Below are positions 1-9,717 of a stretch of 64,000 nt of DNA, piece by piece. The notes under the pieces are model-generated. The model saw only the letters and a program-made list of their open reading frames with translations. It did not search any database and was not told the DNA's origin. Source of the stretch: Promethearchaeota archaeon (GTDB lineage Archaea; Asgardarchaeota; Heimdallarchaeia; Hodarchaeales; Hodarchaeaceae); contig JBHLMN010000007.1 in the NCBI GenBank assembly GCA_048938105.1, forward strand, positions 64,001 through 128,000, in the 5' to 3' direction. Position numbers and translations under genes: made by a program. Numbering within the stretch: position 1 is the first letter of the stretch; the number at the start of each line of letters is the position of its first letter.

Positions 1-257
1 GGTAGAAGATTCGCAAAACCTGGGCCCGCAGTTACTAAACAAACACCTGGTGTACGGGTGGTTATAGCCCAGCCTTCAGCTGCATTTCCTGCAGCTTGTT
101 CATGTCGTGTAGTGATGATCTGAATACCTTCTTCGTCAAGAGCTTTGTAAATGGGATTGATATGTCCTCCAGAAATCGAGAACACATATTGTACCCCTTC
201 TTGAGCGAGACTTTTTGCAACCAACGATCCGCCAGATAAAGACAAATTCTTGGACAT
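1..257 (-). CDS. Thiamine pyrophosphate-binding enzyme (acetolactate synthase / 2-hydroxyacyl-CoA lyase family), N-terminal part, runs off window
   Basis: Not in the ORF track. Manual translation from ATG at 257: MSKNLSLSGGSLVAKSLAQEGVQYVFSISGGHINPIYKALDEEGIQIITTRHEQAAGNAAEGWAITTRTPGVCLVTAGPGFANLL. RHEQ and VTAGPG are hallmark TPP-enzyme N-domain motifs. Confidence 0.9.
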   Translation of the reverse strand, partial: MSKNLSLSGGSLVAKSLAQEGVQYVFSISGGHINPIYKALDEEGIQIITTRHEQAAGNAAEGWAITTRTPGVCLVTAGPGFANLL

Positions 258-367
258 TGTAAGACACCTGAGAATTTTTCGGTGTGAATCTCTTATTAAT
301 TTGGAGTTTTCCTTTATGCACTAAAACTTTTAGACATCTTCACATTCATTCATCTTTCTGATATATA

Positions 368-2194
368 ATGGCTAATGGTTACAATAATCGCCTAGTTCGT
401 GTCAATTTAAGCACAAATCAAATAACTATTGAAGACCTTCCTAATATTATTGAAACCTTTCTAGGAGGTAAGGGATTAGGCGCATATATTCTCACCAGGG
501 AATTATCACCTAAAATTGATCCCCTAGGCCCAGAAAATAAACTTATAATTGCAACAGGGCCTCTTCAAGGTTCTATTGTTCCGATTTGTGGACGTTATTC
601 AATAGTAACGAAGTCACCATTAACAGGCCTCTTTCTTGATTCACATGTAGGTGGAACTATTGGACCAGAGCTAAAATTTGCTGGTTATGATTGCCTAATT
701 ATTGAAGGAGCTGCTCCAAAACCCCGTTATCTACTAATTGTTGATGATAATGTTGAAATTAAGGACGGAGAACATTTAAAAGGGCAATCTGCATTAGAAA
801 AGGAAATCCAGATTCAGAAAGACTTAGAAACTGATGAAATCAAGATAATGAGCGTAGGATTAGCAGGAGAAAATATGGTTAAATTTGCGTGCGTAACAAG
901 TGAAAGTTTTCGTAATGCGGGCCGTGGTGGAGTAGGAGCAGTTTTTGGTAGTAAAAACCTTCTAGCTATCGCTATTAAAGGTTCATCAAGAGAGATTCCA
1001 GCAGCAGATCTCGAGTCTTTGAATGATGTAGCTATGCAACTCCGTAACAGAGTTACCCAAGGTCGAACATCTGGGCTGAGGATATACCGTATTGGAACAC
1101 CAAACCTAGTGACGGTCGCTTCAAACCGCGATCAGATTCCAGTTCGAAACTTCCAAGAAGGAACATTAGAAAATCCAGCATTACTCGAAGAGGAAGCAAT
1201 CAATCAATATACAACGAAAAAGAAACCCTGTTATAAATGTCCAATTTCTTGCGCTCATATTTTTAATCAGGAATTCTCATATGCAGAGGAGGGACACGTT
1301 GTAGCGGTTCCCGAATACGAAACACTTGCGTTATTTGGCGCCAATTGCGGAGTAGATTTTGAAACAGTTATCGAAGCAAACTATTTAGCTAATATGTTTT
1401 CACTTGATACCATTTCTACTGGGAATGTTATTGCATGGTTTATGGAATGTTCTGAGAAAGATTTAGTTCCTAAAAAATACAAATCTGATAAAATTTACTT
1501 TGGTGATAGAGAGGGGTTGCTAAATCTAATTGGTAAAATTGCTTATAGGCAAGGTGTTGGAGAAATATTAGCAGAAGGGACAAAATTTGCAAGTGACATT
1601 TTCGGGCAAGAGACTGAAAAGTTTGCGATTAATGTCAAAGGTTTAGAAATGGCTGCATGGGATCCCCGTGGAAGGTTAGCGTTAGGGTTAAGTTATGCTT
1701 CAGCTGCAGTTGGAGCGTCCCATTTACGAGGATGGCCTTCTTCAACAAAGACGCCTTTAGAAGAACCTGTCACTCCTGAAATCGTGGAAAGTCTTGTTAG
1801 AGAACAAGATCTGAAAATTATCAAAGATTCGTTGATTATCTGTCATTTTACCCATTCTATAATTCCTGCACTGAACTTAGAAGATGGTCAAGCTCTTTAT
1901 TCTGCAGTTACAGGATCTCAAATTGATGTGCGAAAAATTGCTCAGAATATCTGGAGCTTAACACGATATTTTAACATGAGAGAGTTTGAAAAACCTGCAG
2001 GGGCCTATGATCAATTACCTTCTCGTTTACTATACGAAGCCCTTCCATCAGGATCCGCGGAAGGTTCCAAAGCTTTTCAATCAGAAGAAGATTTCAAGAA
2101 TGGATTAAGAATGCTTTATCAAATGAGACGATGCCAAAATGATGGTGATCTTACTTTAGCTGAAAAACAAAGAATTGAAGAGCTCCTCAAGTGA
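368..2194 (+). CDS. aor: Tungsten-dependent aldehyde ferredoxin oxidoreductase family protein
   Basis: LGGKGLG, KSPLTG, AGRGGVGAVFGSKNL, CxxCxxxC (CYKCPISC), PEYET and DTIS motifs; 608 aa. Confidence 0.92.
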   Translation: MANGYNNRLVRVNLSTNQITIEDLPNIIETFLGGKGLGAYILTRELSPKIDPLGPENKLIIATGPLQGSIVPICGRYSIVTKSPLTGLFLDSHVGGTIGPELKFAGYDCLIIEGAAPKPRYLLIVDDNVEIKDGEHLKGQSALEKEIQIQKDLETDEIKIMSVGLAGENMVKFACVTSESFRNAGRGGVGAVFGSKNLLAIAIKGSSREIPAADLESLNDVAMQLRNRVTQGRTSGLRIYRIGTPNLVTVASNRDQIPVRNFQEGTLENPALLEEEAINQYTTKKKPCYKCPISCAHIFNQEFSYAEEGHVVAVPEYETLALFGANCGVDFETVIEANYLANMFSLDTISTGNVIAWFMECSEKDLVPKKYKSDKIYFGDREGLLNLIGKIAYRQGVGEILAEGTKFASDIFGQETEKFAINVKGLEMAAWDPRGRLALGLSYASAAVGASHLRGWPSSTKTPLEEPVTPEIVESLVREQDLKIIKDSLIICHFTHSIIPALNLEDGQALYSAVTGSQIDVRKIAQNIWSLTRYFNMREFEKPAGAYDQLPSRLLYEALPSGSAEGSKAFQSEEDFKNGLRMLYQMRRCQNDGDLTLAEKQRIEELLK

Positions 2195-2220
2195 TTTATC
2201 AGATACCAATTTTACACTAC

Positions 2221-3447
2221 TCAAGTAATAATTGAAAAGAAATTAATAATCCAAGGGCGGATTTCCTCAATAAATTTCTCTGTTTCTGGCTCATTTTTTG
2301 ATTTAAATTTGGCACTAATTGAACAAAGGAACAACTTGATTGAATCAAATTCCATTCGATCAATGGTTATAAATATTCCTCCCATATTGCTCATAATTAC
2401 AAGTTTATCATGTTTTTTCTCGCTTTCATAAACCTCTTGGCGAATTGCTTCCATTATTTCTAAAAATAATTTGTCTCTTTGCTCTGTTGTTAATTGAGTA
2501 GTCCACTCTGCAGCTATAAAACAATTCTCTGTTAAGAGAAAACTTGCTGTAAAGCCATGAGTCTCAGAATAAAATGCAAGAGAATCGGAAAGAATTTTGC
2601 TTAAAGGGGAAACGTCTGAAAAAACTCGAGAAAATAATTTAACCAATTCTTCAACGTCAAAAATGCTTGTTCTTAATATTCTAAAGTCATACTCATGTTT
2701 AGTCAATATGGGCCTTATATTATTGAGAATAACATCGATTGAATTATCAAGCTCAGCTTTATCTAGGATTGGGTCATATTTATGTAGAACTAAATATACT
2801 TTAGGTTTCTCTTTCAAATACTTGAATTTTACTAATAGATTATTGAGGTATTGCGCTGCCTCACCTGAATATTCTTCTCTCTGTGTATCTAATACGAAGA
2901 TTAGTAGCATTGTTCGTGATAGGAATTGCTTAGGATCATCTAGATAGAGTCTGTGAAAACTTGGCTGCCCTCCAAGATCCCACAATGCGATTTTTAATCC
3001 AAGAAAATCAAGATGCTCTATTGAAGCTCCTAGAGTGGGAAAATGGATTGGGGTTGTTTTTTGCGTTTGCAAGGTTTTTATTAGGGAGCTTTTTCCTGCA
3101 GCACCCAATCCAGCTATGCAGACACGATGTGAAGATATAGGTATTTCAGTACTAGAAGCAAACCTATGGATAATAGACGCAGAAAGTGTCCATTTTTCTA
3201 GCAGCTTTTGACTTATTCCGATTTCATCAGCCATTTTAAGATCTAAATTTGCTAAATCAGCAATTGTTTCAATTTTAGCTTTTTGCTTAAGCTTTGTAGC
3301 ATAATATTTTCCAATACCTATTATCACTCTTGATGTAAATCCTGAAATCTCTTCACGCCTGTATTCATAAATAGGTTTTTCAAGGTGACTGTCCATTATT
3401 AAACTCCTTATTCGATCTGGAATGGCATTCTTGGCATTGCTGGACAT
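2221..3447 (-). CDS. Rag/Gtr1-like small GTPase with N-terminal helix-hairpin-helix domain and C-terminal roadblock/longin-like domain
   Basis: G1 GLGAAGKSS, G2 PTLG, G3 WDLGGQ, G4 HKYD, G5 TSIFD (RagA has WDCGGQ, HKMD, TSIWD). N-terminal IIGIGKYYATKL is HhH-like. Confidence 0.8.
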   Translation of the reverse strand: MSSNAKNAIPDRIRSLIMDSHLEKPIYEYRREEISGFTSRVIIGIGKYYATKLKQKAKIETIADLANLDLKMADEIGISQKLLEKWTLSASIIHRFASSTEIPISSHRVCIAGLGAAGKSSLIKTLQTQKTTPIHFPTLGASIEHLDFLGLKIALWDLGGQPSFHRLYLDDPKQFLSRTMLLIFVLDTQREEYSGEAAQYLNNLLVKFKYLKEKPKVYLVLHKYDPILDKAELDNSIDVILNNIRPILTKHEYDFRILRTSIFDVEELVKLFSRVFSDVSPLSKILSDSLAFYSETHGFTASFLLTENCFIAAEWTTQLTTEQRDKLFLEIMEAIRQEVYESEKKHDKLVIMSNMGGIFITIDRMEFDSIKLFLCSISAKFKSKNEPETEKFIEEIRPWIINFFSIIT

Positions 3448-3750
3448 ATGAAGCCACCTCGTTCTTCTATGATCTTTTCTGGAGTAGTTCCTCTCATAAA
3501 GGCAGTAATTCCAATATAACTCAAAAAATGCTTGGTATAAACATAAATAAAGTTTAGTAGCTTATATATTTGTCGTTTGGAACTAAACTATACTTAAAGA
3601 TGAAAAATATATAGTTAATAAACAAGAAATCTTCACTAAATAAACTGGAATTTAAGATATTGTGTCCCTAATTTTCTGAGCTCGAAGGAATTTGTATCCT
3701 AGCCTAATATAAATCCATTATTCTTGAAGTGTAAAGGTTTCCTGTCGCAT

Positions 3751-3770
3751 GAATTAAGCGAGCTTAATTC
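3751..3770. promoter_or_regulatory. Perfect inverted repeat GAATTAAGC-GA-GCTTAATTC, candidate TF site between divergent GTPase genes
   Basis: 9-bp arms with a 2-nt spacer, read directly from the sequence. Confidence 0.35.
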
Positions 3771-4034
3771 TTCTTAGGGCCTTATTCAATTGTACATCAT
3801 TTTAGTTAATCAATTCTTTTCTGACTTATGAATCCTGTGTACAACATCTAAAAAATTGTTTTCACTCCATCTTGAATTGATCTGAATACAATGGTATTAA
3901 AATAAGTAGAAGAAGTTATCCAATGAATGGGTTCAGTGTTGCTTTCAATTGAATTTAATCATTTCTGAAGCCCGAAAAGATTGATTCACGATTTTAAAAG
4001 CCGTTAAGGAAATAAAAGTGGATTTCAGGCGGAG

Positions 4035-4586
4035 ATGAATAATAGAATGACCGAGAACATATTAAAAAACGACCATAAAGTTAAAATATGCGTTCTTAGC
4101 CATTCTAAGGAACTTATAAACCATTTCATCCGAAAATTATTATCCATACACAAGGAAGAGGCCACATTCCGCAACTTTGCTGCTTTAGGGATAAGTATTG
4201 CGACAATAAACCTTTCTACAAATAATAATCGTTTTAAACTTATACTCCTTATAACTACTGGTCAAGAATTCTTAGATAAACTACGTCTTTATTACCAAGG
4301 GGCATCAGGAGCAATTATCCTTTTTAATAGTACTAATTCTGATTCATTCGAAGCTGCCAAACGTCATTTCCAATATTTCAGGAAAATTACTCTGAACCCG
4401 CTTGTTCCTATAATTTTCATTGATATTCTAGAAAAATATAAAGAAATCATTATTGAGGAACCTGAACGATTAGAAGAGGAGTCTAATATCCTTTATTATG
4501 AGATAAATGAAGATAATTTCCCTGCTTTTAATAATATTCTTGAATCTATCATCAGGAATCATTGGGCGACTCTAGTACCGTCTTAG
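4035..4586 (+). CDS. Degenerate Rab-like small GTPase (P-loop lost)
   Basis: KICVL...LGISI...ITTGQEFLDKLRLYYQGASGAIILF matches Rab switch II/beta4; no GxxxxGK[ST] or NKxD. Confidence 0.7.
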   Translation: MNNRMTENILKNDHKVKICVLSHSKELINHFIRKLLSIHKEEATFRNFAALGISIATINLSTNNNRFKLILLITTGQEFLDKLRLYYQGASGAIILFNSTNSDSFEAAKRHFQYFRKITLNPLVPIIFIDILEKYKEIIIEEPERLEEESNILYYEINEDNFPAFNNILESIIRNHWATLVPS

Positions 4587-4725
4587 AGTTCACCTTTTTG
4601 TGTTTAATTACGCATACAATACACAAGTCTATGAAAAAACCAAGAATTAACGAAAAAATCCTTGGTAAATTATATATTTTCTGAAAATTTAATTAAATTA
4701 AGATTTTGAATGATCAGTGATTTGA

Positions 4726-5538
4726 ATGACAAAGCAAATAGGCCCAATACTAATCACCGGAGCTGGTTCGGGAATCGGAAAAACCACAACTCATTATCTT
4801 AGTCAACGTGGTTTTCAAGTATACGCAACTGATTCGAATGAAGAAGCACTCAATGACTTTTCATCTAATGAGAAGGTACACTCAATTCGAATGGATGTAA
4901 CTAAGAAAGACGATATTAAAAATACTTTAGCGACAGTAATGGAGGATAATTTAGGATTATATGGATTGATTAACAGTGCTGGGATTATTCGACTTGGACC
5001 AGTCATGGAAGCACCAGATGAAGAACTTGAGCTTCAGTTCAATGTGAATGTGTTTGGGATGTATCAGGTGACAAAAGCATTCTATCCATTATTAAGTAAA
5101 TCAAAGGGACGTATAATAAATATCAGTTCTGCCGCAGGACGATTTGTGAGTCCTTTTTATGGATTTTATTCCATGAGTAAAATGGCTGTAGAAGCTTTTT
5201 CAGACGCTTTGAGAAGAGAACTAATGCCAATGGGTATAAAAGTGTCAATTATCCAACCAGGGTTAATTAATACAGCATTTTGGGATAAGGCTTATTTAGA
5301 TTCATCTCGATATAAGGATTCGATCTTTAAAGAACGTCTAGATAAATTTGTTGAATTTTCAGTATATAATGAAATCCCTAAAGCATTACAACCAGAAAGA
5401 ATAGCTAAGGCAATTCACCATGCATTAACCAGTTCTAGACCAAAAAGTCGCTACTTCGTGACGAAGGGGAAATACAAACAAATATTCGCTGAAAAACTTC
5501 CCACAGGCTGGATAGATTATATTATATCTCGAATCTGA
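4726..5538 (+). CDS. Short-chain dehydrogenase/reductase
   Basis: TGAGSGIG, INSAG, ISS and YSMSK (YxxxK) motifs. Confidence 0.95.
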   Translation: MTKQIGPILITGAGSGIGKTTTHYLSQRGFQVYATDSNEEALNDFSSNEKVHSIRMDVTKKDDIKNTLATVMEDNLGLYGLINSAGIIRLGPVMEAPDEELELQFNVNVFGMYQVTKAFYPLLSKSKGRIINISSAAGRFVSPFYGFYSMSKMAVEAFSDALRRELMPMGIKVSIIQPGLINTAFWDKAYLDSSRYKDSIFKERLDKFVEFSVYNEIPKALQPERIAKAIHHALTSSRPKSRYFVTKGKYKQIFAEKLPTGWIDYIISRI

Positions 5539-5795
5539 CTGATTTCCCGATTTTGTTTTAATAAAACTATTTAGAATGTAGGGAACACCTTAAGAATGAT
5601 TCTATATTAATAACTTTGATTCAATTTATTAGCTATGTAAGGATTTTTTTTTAAGAGGGAAGTTTCTACAGAATAGAAACAAACCTACAATTATCATATC
5701 TAATATAAATAATAAGGCAAAAATCAGGGTTTGTAAGATCTTCAATTGCTTAAAACTTCTCCGAAAGATCATGTTTTGCCTTATATTTTCCAGTT

Positions 5796-6365
5796 TTAAT
5801 TCTTCTTACTCTGCGTTTTCACCAGATTGCCAAAATCAGTTGCCCAATTACGAATTAACTGCCAATTACGAAAATCATTCACTTTTCCATCTTGCATTAT
5901 AATCCCTCCTTCAACAGTCTTTGCAAGTCGTTGGATGATCTTTTTTTCTAAAAATGAATAGTTTGAACTGGATGAAAGATCAAAAACACCTCCAAAAGCT
6001 TCAACCATGTCCGCTTTCACACCAGTTTTCTCCATAATCTTTTCTAGGTATTTTTCGCGTGCACCATCACGAGTCTTAGGATTAGCAGCTTCACCAGAAC
6101 TGACAAAAAGGCCTAAAATCTTGGTATTAAGGGGTTCTTGATTCTGTTTTAAAAATTTAAAAGCTTCTTTTGTCCAGCGACCCATTTTAACTCCAGAACC
6201 AACGAGAATACCATCAAACTCATCTAGAGAGGGAATATTTTCCCCATCCTTCAAGTTGAGAACTAAAGTGGTAATTTCGTTTTTTTCAAGTTCTTCTGCA
6301 ATTTCATGAGCAATTTCATCGGTACTTCCAAAGCGGCTTGCGAATACAATTAACACTGACTTCAA
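5796..6365 (-). CDS. Flavodoxin-domain protein (HemG-like)
   Basis: SRFGSTDEIA FMN loop and DFRNW C-terminal motif; start placed at TTG 6365 after a GGTGA SD. Confidence 0.85.
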   Translation of the reverse strand: MKSVLIVFASRFGSTDEIAHEIAEELEKNEITTLVLNLKDGENIPSLDEFDGILVGSGVKMGRWTKEAFKFLKQNQEPLNTKILGLFVSSGEAANPKTRDGAREKYLEKIMEKTGVKADMVEAFGGVFDLSSSSNYSFLEKKIIQRLAKTVEGGIIMQDGKVNDFRNWQLIRNWATDFGNLVKTQSKKN

Positions 6366-6492
6366 TTCTTTCACCAAAACTTTACAGAACCTTGTGAATG
6401 ACATTTATGAATTGAAGTCAATGAATTTTGTTCTACGAATTTCAGTGGTTCTGTGTAAGAGTCCAATTTTCCCTTAATATTTCTTAAAGATC

Positions 6493-7806
6493 TTATTTAT
6501 GATTTTTTAACACAAGAATCCGATCAAACTTCTTCCTTCTTGACCTACTTACAACTTTGTTTAGGGGTATCTCGTCGTTTACAATCGCTAATTCTTTAAG
6601 TCCTAATTTTTCTTGATAAACGTTAGAAACTTCTTTTGCTGTGTTTATAGAATATTTAGCCCTATGAACATCACCAAGAACAAATACGACTAATGAATTA
6701 TTTTTTAAAACTCGTTTAAGCTCCTTTCCCACATCGATCATATTAGCAAGATAATTTTTGCTGTCTTGGATCAATTCTTGTCGTAATAGGTCTTGTTTGG
6801 ACTTATTTAAACCGAGAAAATATAGACGAACTCTATTCTGCCCAACATAATCAAGTGTATTGTAATAAGGGGGACTACAAATAATCACATCTACAGAATC
6901 GTCATTTAATTTCAAAAAACGAGCATCACCGTGAAAAATTTTCGCGTTCGTCTTTAATGGGAATCCTGTAGAATACATCCGCATGATTTTTGCAGCTATT
7001 CGTGGGATTACGGCTCTATATTCAGGTTTATCTTTATTTGGTCGGTACTGAGGATGATCGACTGGTCGAGGGGTCATGGGAATAATACAACCAGTCCAAA
7101 CGGAAAGATACCCTGGGCGGTTCCCATGTAATATACCCATTAAACATCCGAGAAGAAAATATTCTTTTTCATCTGTCAGCTTTTCATTCAAAAAAACAAT
7201 TTCTTTGAGGGTTTCAGGATGAAAATAAGCTTGAATCCAATCGGGAACTCCAGTTATATCGATTTTTGAAGCGTCAATATCTCTAATTTCTTTTAAATAT
7301 TTCAAATAATAATCGAGTGGCTTTCGTTCAAATTTTCCTTTGGCTATCACATATCCGTAAATATTCAGATCAATACCAATGGCATATCTCTGTAAAAAGT
7401 CGGCTTCTAGGGGAACAGTCCCAACACCCATAAACGGATCTAAAAGAATATCTCCTTTTTTGGAAAAAATCTTTATGAGCCAATGTGCAAGTGATGGGGT
7501 CATCCTACCCTGATAGGGGGACAATGAATGAAGCCAATTCCCCCAATGTTGTTTGTCATAAGGATCATCACGCCACCCAACAGTTTTTAAAAGTTCAATT
7601 GCATTTCCCAAAGTCCTAGAATAATTGTCTGAATAGAATTCATCGTTATAGAGTTTTGAATCAAAATTTTTTTTAAACTCCAATTTAAATGACTTTTTCA
7701 ACTTCCCCCTTAAGAGATCCCTCCATCTGTTTCGATATACTGGATAATGTTCTTTGGCAATGAAGGGAAAGGGATCCTTTACTCCTAGGTGATCAAATAA
7801 GGTCAT
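6493..7806 (-). CDS. Amino (probably N4-cytosine) DNA methyltransferase, no adjacent endonuclease
   Basis: Motif I LDPFMGVGT precedes motif IV SPPY with an intervening TRD-sized region (alpha arrangement). Confidence 0.85.
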   Translation of the reverse strand: MTLFDHLGVKDPFPFIAKEHYPVYRNRWRDLLRGKLKKSFKLEFKKNFDSKLYNDEFYSDNYSRTLGNAIELLKTVGWRDDPYDKQHWGNWLHSLSPYQGRMTPSLAHWLIKIFSKKGDILLDPFMGVGTVPLEADFLQRYAIGIDLNIYGYVIAKGKFERKPLDYYLKYLKEIRDIDASKIDITGVPDWIQAYFHPETLKEIVFLNEKLTDEKEYFLLGCLMGILHGNRPGYLSVWTGCIIPMTPRPVDHPQYRPNKDKPEYRAVIPRIAAKIMRMYSTGFPLKTNAKIFHGDARFLKLNDDSVDVIICSPPYYNTLDYVGQNRVRLYFLGLNKSKQDLLRQELIQDSKNYLANMIDVGKELKRVLKNNSLVVFVLGDVHRAKYSINTAKEVSNVYQEKLGLKELAIVNDEIPLNKVVSRSRRKKFDRILVLKNHK

Positions 7807-7866
7807 TAATTTCTCCTTTCTATTTTGATTCTCCTGTTTTCTATATAATATCAGTAAGAAAAAAGT

Positions 7867-8385
7867 CTATCTATTGTTTTTCCTAAGTTGTTGAATAGGG
7901 TGGATAACAGATTCAAGTAATTGCTGTACATTTTTTTCATCTATCCCACCAATCTTTGCCAAAGTGGAGGCAGAGGGAATTATCCAGTTGGATTCTGCCT
8001 TCGCGAGTAATAAACCATTGTTAGAAGTGATTCTTGAAAGAACTACCACGTTTTTCTTATCATGAGTGATTATTTCCCCTTCAACACGAATTTTAGTGTT
8101 AGCTCGGACTGGGTTCAGGAATTTGGTTGTAATTTCACGTGTAATCCCGACCTCATAGAGTTGGCTAATGATAGTCCACGCGGCCACTTCATCGAGAAGA
8201 GCTGCGATGATTCCCCCATGAACTAACCCATTAAATCCACAAAAATTATCAGAAATAATACATTCTGAAAAGCAACTATTATCTTTATCGGAAAGATAAA
8301 ATTTAAGTTGTAAACCGTGATCATTTGTCGGAGAACACCCGAAACAATTGAATTCCCATAAATTTGGGATCTCAAGTCTAGTCAT
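7867..8385 (-). CDS. PaaI family hotdog thioesterase
   Basis: CFGC...NDHGL and VHGGIIAALLDE motifs. Confidence 0.92.
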   Translation of the reverse strand: MTRLEIPNLWEFNCFGCSPTNDHGLQLKFYLSDKDNSCFSECIISDNFCGFNGLVHGGIIAALLDEVAAWTIISQLYEVGITREITTKFLNPVRANTKIRVEGEIITHDKKNVVVLSRITSNNGLLLAKAESNWIIPSASTLAKIGGIDEKNVQQLLESVIHPIQQLRKNNR

Positions 8386-8398
8386 ATCAAATTTACTC

Positions 8399-8986
8399 CT
8401 ACTCTGTCAAAATCATATGCTTTTTAATTCTATGTAAAAATTTGAAAACGATTGTTAATCCCAGAAGAAAAATGAGAAGAATATCAAGAGTGTTTAGGAG
8501 AGTACCTTCGTGATCATATGTTAAATCATAATTAAATGGATAGATGAGAAATCCACATGATAGATCGGAAATTCTAGGAGGTATTGTTTGAATGATTATT
8601 ATCTGGAAATTTAACTGATAACCACGAAGATCAATAGGATAAAAAAGGGGTACAATCCCTTCTAAATCTAATATGGGATGAGTCAAAAAAGCAATTGATC
8701 CCAGTAACAAATATCTCGAGATCATAGGATATTTAGATGAAAAGTCTGGATGCGAGTTCATATAGAACCGTACAATCAAATTAAGTAATAATAAAAACAT
8801 CCCAGAGACTAATAATGAATGAAATGGATAGCGAGTCCCAGTTAGGGTTTTATCAATTATGTCAGGTAAAGTTGCAGCTAGAGATAATAGCATGAGGTGC
8901 TCTAAAGGAATGTCTGAATTAAATAATCGATTTAATATAACTAGACATGTGAAAGCACCTACCACATGGAGGAGAAGGGTTGTCAT
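8399..8986 (-). CDS. Membrane-bound metal-dependent hydrolase (YdjM-like)
   Basis: N-terminal H, LPDIID, FHSL, THPILD and several TM helices. Confidence 0.75.
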   Translation of the reverse strand: MTTLLLHVVGAFTCLVILNRLFNSDIPLEHLMLLSLAATLPDIIDKTLTGTRYPFHSLLVSGMFLLLLNLIVRFYMNSHPDFSSKYPMISRYLLLGSIAFLTHPILDLEGIVPLFYPIDLRGYQLNFQIIIIQTIPPRISDLSCGFLIYPFNYDLTYDHEGTLLNTLDILLIFLLGLTIVFKFLHRIKKHMILTE

Positions 8987-9131
8987 TTTCAATAACGATT
9001 TTAAAAGCCCCTATTTAAATGATTTATTTCATCAGCAAACCATGTTATATCACAATATCACATTTTTTTCCTTCAGTACATATCAGAATCATTAAATGCA
9101 ATAAGTTCAAATAAAATCAAGTAAGAGAAAG

Positions 9132-9593
9132 TTAAACCTTGGAAAGGACAACACTAGTGATCGTCTTTTCAATTCCTTCAATGTCCCTCAATTTAATAAC
9201 TACAAAATCATTTAAAGCATCAACATCTTCTACTCCAACTCGAACAATGATGTCAATTTCTCCTGTCACAATTGATACTTCTTCAACTTCGGGTAATGCT
9301 TTCACGCTTTTAGCAACATCAATTTGGCTTAATTTTTCTCCTTTAGAAGTCCTATATGATACTGTACAGAGGATATATGCTGTTAATCCTTTTTTAATAG
9401 CCTTATTGTTCAGTTTAATTGTGAACCTTTCTATGATCCCCTTTTCTTTCAATTTCTTTATTCGATTATATACTGTAGTTTGAGCAATACCTGTTTTCTT
9501 GGAAATTTCATTTGTGGTCATTCGGGAATCTTTTTGAAGCAATTTAATAATCTGAATATTTTCTTTGTATAGTTCGAAAATTTTTTCTTGCAT
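9132..9593 (-). CDS. Lrp/AsnC family transcriptional regulator
   Basis: LQKDSRM...TVYNRIKKLKEKGII HTH and VTGEIDI RAM domain; divergent from asnA. Confidence 0.95.
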   Translation of the reverse strand: MQEKIFELYKENIQIIKLLQKDSRMTTNEISKKTGIAQTTVYNRIKKLKEKGIIERFTIKLNNKAIKKGLTAYILCTVSYRTSKGEKLSQIDVAKSVKALPEVEEVSIVTGEIDIIVRVGVEDVDALNDFVVIKLRDIEGIEKTITSVVLSKV

Positions 9594-9594
9594 A

Positions 9595-9607
9595 GGAAAA
9601 ATTTTCC
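9595..9607. promoter_or_regulatory. Palindrome GGAAAA-A-TTTTCC, candidate Lrp operator
   Basis: Perfect 6-bp arms immediately upstream of the Lrp start codon in the Lrp/asnA divergent promoter. Confidence 0.35.
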
Positions 9608-9717
9608 ATTTATCTTATAAAAAGTTTGTTAATTCTTTACATTTTTTCCATTTTCAATAAGTAATATTCTTATAACTTGTAGAATTTCAGAAAATATATT
9701 ATTCATTTATTTATGAT

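Noticed and set aside
136-321. 61-aa minus-strand ORF from the track
   Set aside because: Overlaps, in another frame, the real TPP-enzyme gene starting at 257.
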